Virus record (IMG/VR): IMGVR_UViG_3300027963_000003
Direction: 5' to 3' (one strand)
DNA from: an uncultured virus (IMG/VR IMGVR_UViG_3300027963_000003)
Lineage: Duplodnaviria > Heunggongvirae > Uroviricota > Caudoviricetes
DNA length: 64,000 nucleotides
Both the position numbers and the translations under genes were made by a program. Numbering within the stretch: the first letter of the stretch is position 1; every line of letters begins with the position of its first letter. The notes beneath the pieces were generated by a model. It did no database searches, was not told the origin of the DNA, and saw only the letters and a list, made by a program, of their open reading frames with translations. Below, piece after piece: positions 63,475 to 64,000 of this stretch.

Positions 63475-64000
63475 TTAAGCAATTTCATAAACAACATTCA
63501 TGGTTGGAGTATACCCAGCACCAATAGTAAATCCGTTGCTGTAAGTTGTCCATTGTAATTGAGTTGACGATGTTGGAATATAGCCTTTTAGCATATTTCC
63601 TGTAGAAGATGTTTCCATGCCCCACCCACCTATTTGTATTCTTGCCGCTGATGTAAATGGAAGCGTTGCGTAAATAAGACCGGATGCACTGCCTACTGTT
63701 GTGATTGTTATATTAATAGACACAAAACAAGTTTTACCAATAACTTGATATGCGCCAGTTGCACTTACAGTTGTGAATGACCCTGTTGAAGCGGTTATGA
63801 CTGGTGTATAAGAAGTCCAAGCAGTTGCTGCAATTCCTGATGTTGGTAATCCTGTGCAATTAGTTAAAGTACCAGATGTGGGTGTTCCTAAAATAGGGCT
63901 TGTTAACGTTTTATTAGTAAGTGTTTGTGTAGCAACGTCCACCACCACGTTGCCTGTGCTTGTAGGTAATGTTAATGTATTAGTACCAGCTATGGCTGGG
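63475..64000 (-). CDS. Tail fibre-like protein, 5' end outside the window
   Basis: QTLTNKTLTSP, WTSYTP...GAYQVIGKTCFV...TLPFT; frame open to the window edge. Confidence 0.65.
   Translation of the reverse strand, partial: PAIAGTNTLTLPTSTGNVVVDVATQTLTNKTLTSPILGTPTSGTLTNCTGLPTSGIAATAWTSYTPVITASTGSFTTVSATGAYQVIGKTCFVSINITITTVGSASGLIYATLPFTSAARIQIGGWGMETSSTGNMLKGYIPTSSTQLQWTTYSNGFTIGAGYTPTMNVVYEIA

Noticed and set aside
56750..64000. Diversity-generating retroelement acting on fibre genes
   Set aside because: No reverse transcriptase and no template/variable repeat pair seen in the window
1..64000. tRNA genes, integrase, introns or inteins
   Set aside because: No cloverleaf with a T-loop consensus seen in intergenic gaps, no recombinase motifs, and polA, terL and helicase are uninterrupted; visual scan only

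Overview
The window is most of a ~41% GC tailed dsDNA phage genome, with both ends falling inside genes. It has a podovirus-like layout: internal ejection-type proteins and no tape-measure gene. Virion genes run on the minus strand in two blocks. The 1-18.3 kb block holds the terminase, portal, GroES, scaffold, Mu-gpT-like major capsid protein, decoration proteins, small basic proteins and adaptors. The 41.4-64 kb block holds an LPD38-like giant protein, ejection proteins, tail, GH19 endolysin, holin and fibres. Early and replication genes run on the plus strand (18.8-41.3 kb): AAA+/vWA/DUF3150-like trio, VRR-NUC, family A DNA polymerase, PD-(D/E)XK nuclease, SNF2 helicase, SSB-like protein and primase/DUF927. 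I saw no integrase, tRNA, reverse transcriptase or CRISPR array. Five signals are not explained by the gene calls. (1) Twelve copies of a 17-bp dyad ATACTGTC-N-GACAGTAY are confined to 18.7-27.7 kb, ~220 bp apart near 19.5-20.2 kb and progressively sparser, with three copies inside genes. (2) A convergent TGTTCAC/GTGAACA iteron field with GCGAAGC mini-hairpins looks like an origin or terminus. (3) A ~500-nt ORF-free, highly pairable region follows a perfect sigma70 promoter and a boxA-like site. (4) A [MFY]xxGGx[VIM] peptide motif is shared by small basic proteins and the ejection proteins. (5) There are several small candidate regulatory RNAs. All product calls come from motif recognition by eye; no database search was run.
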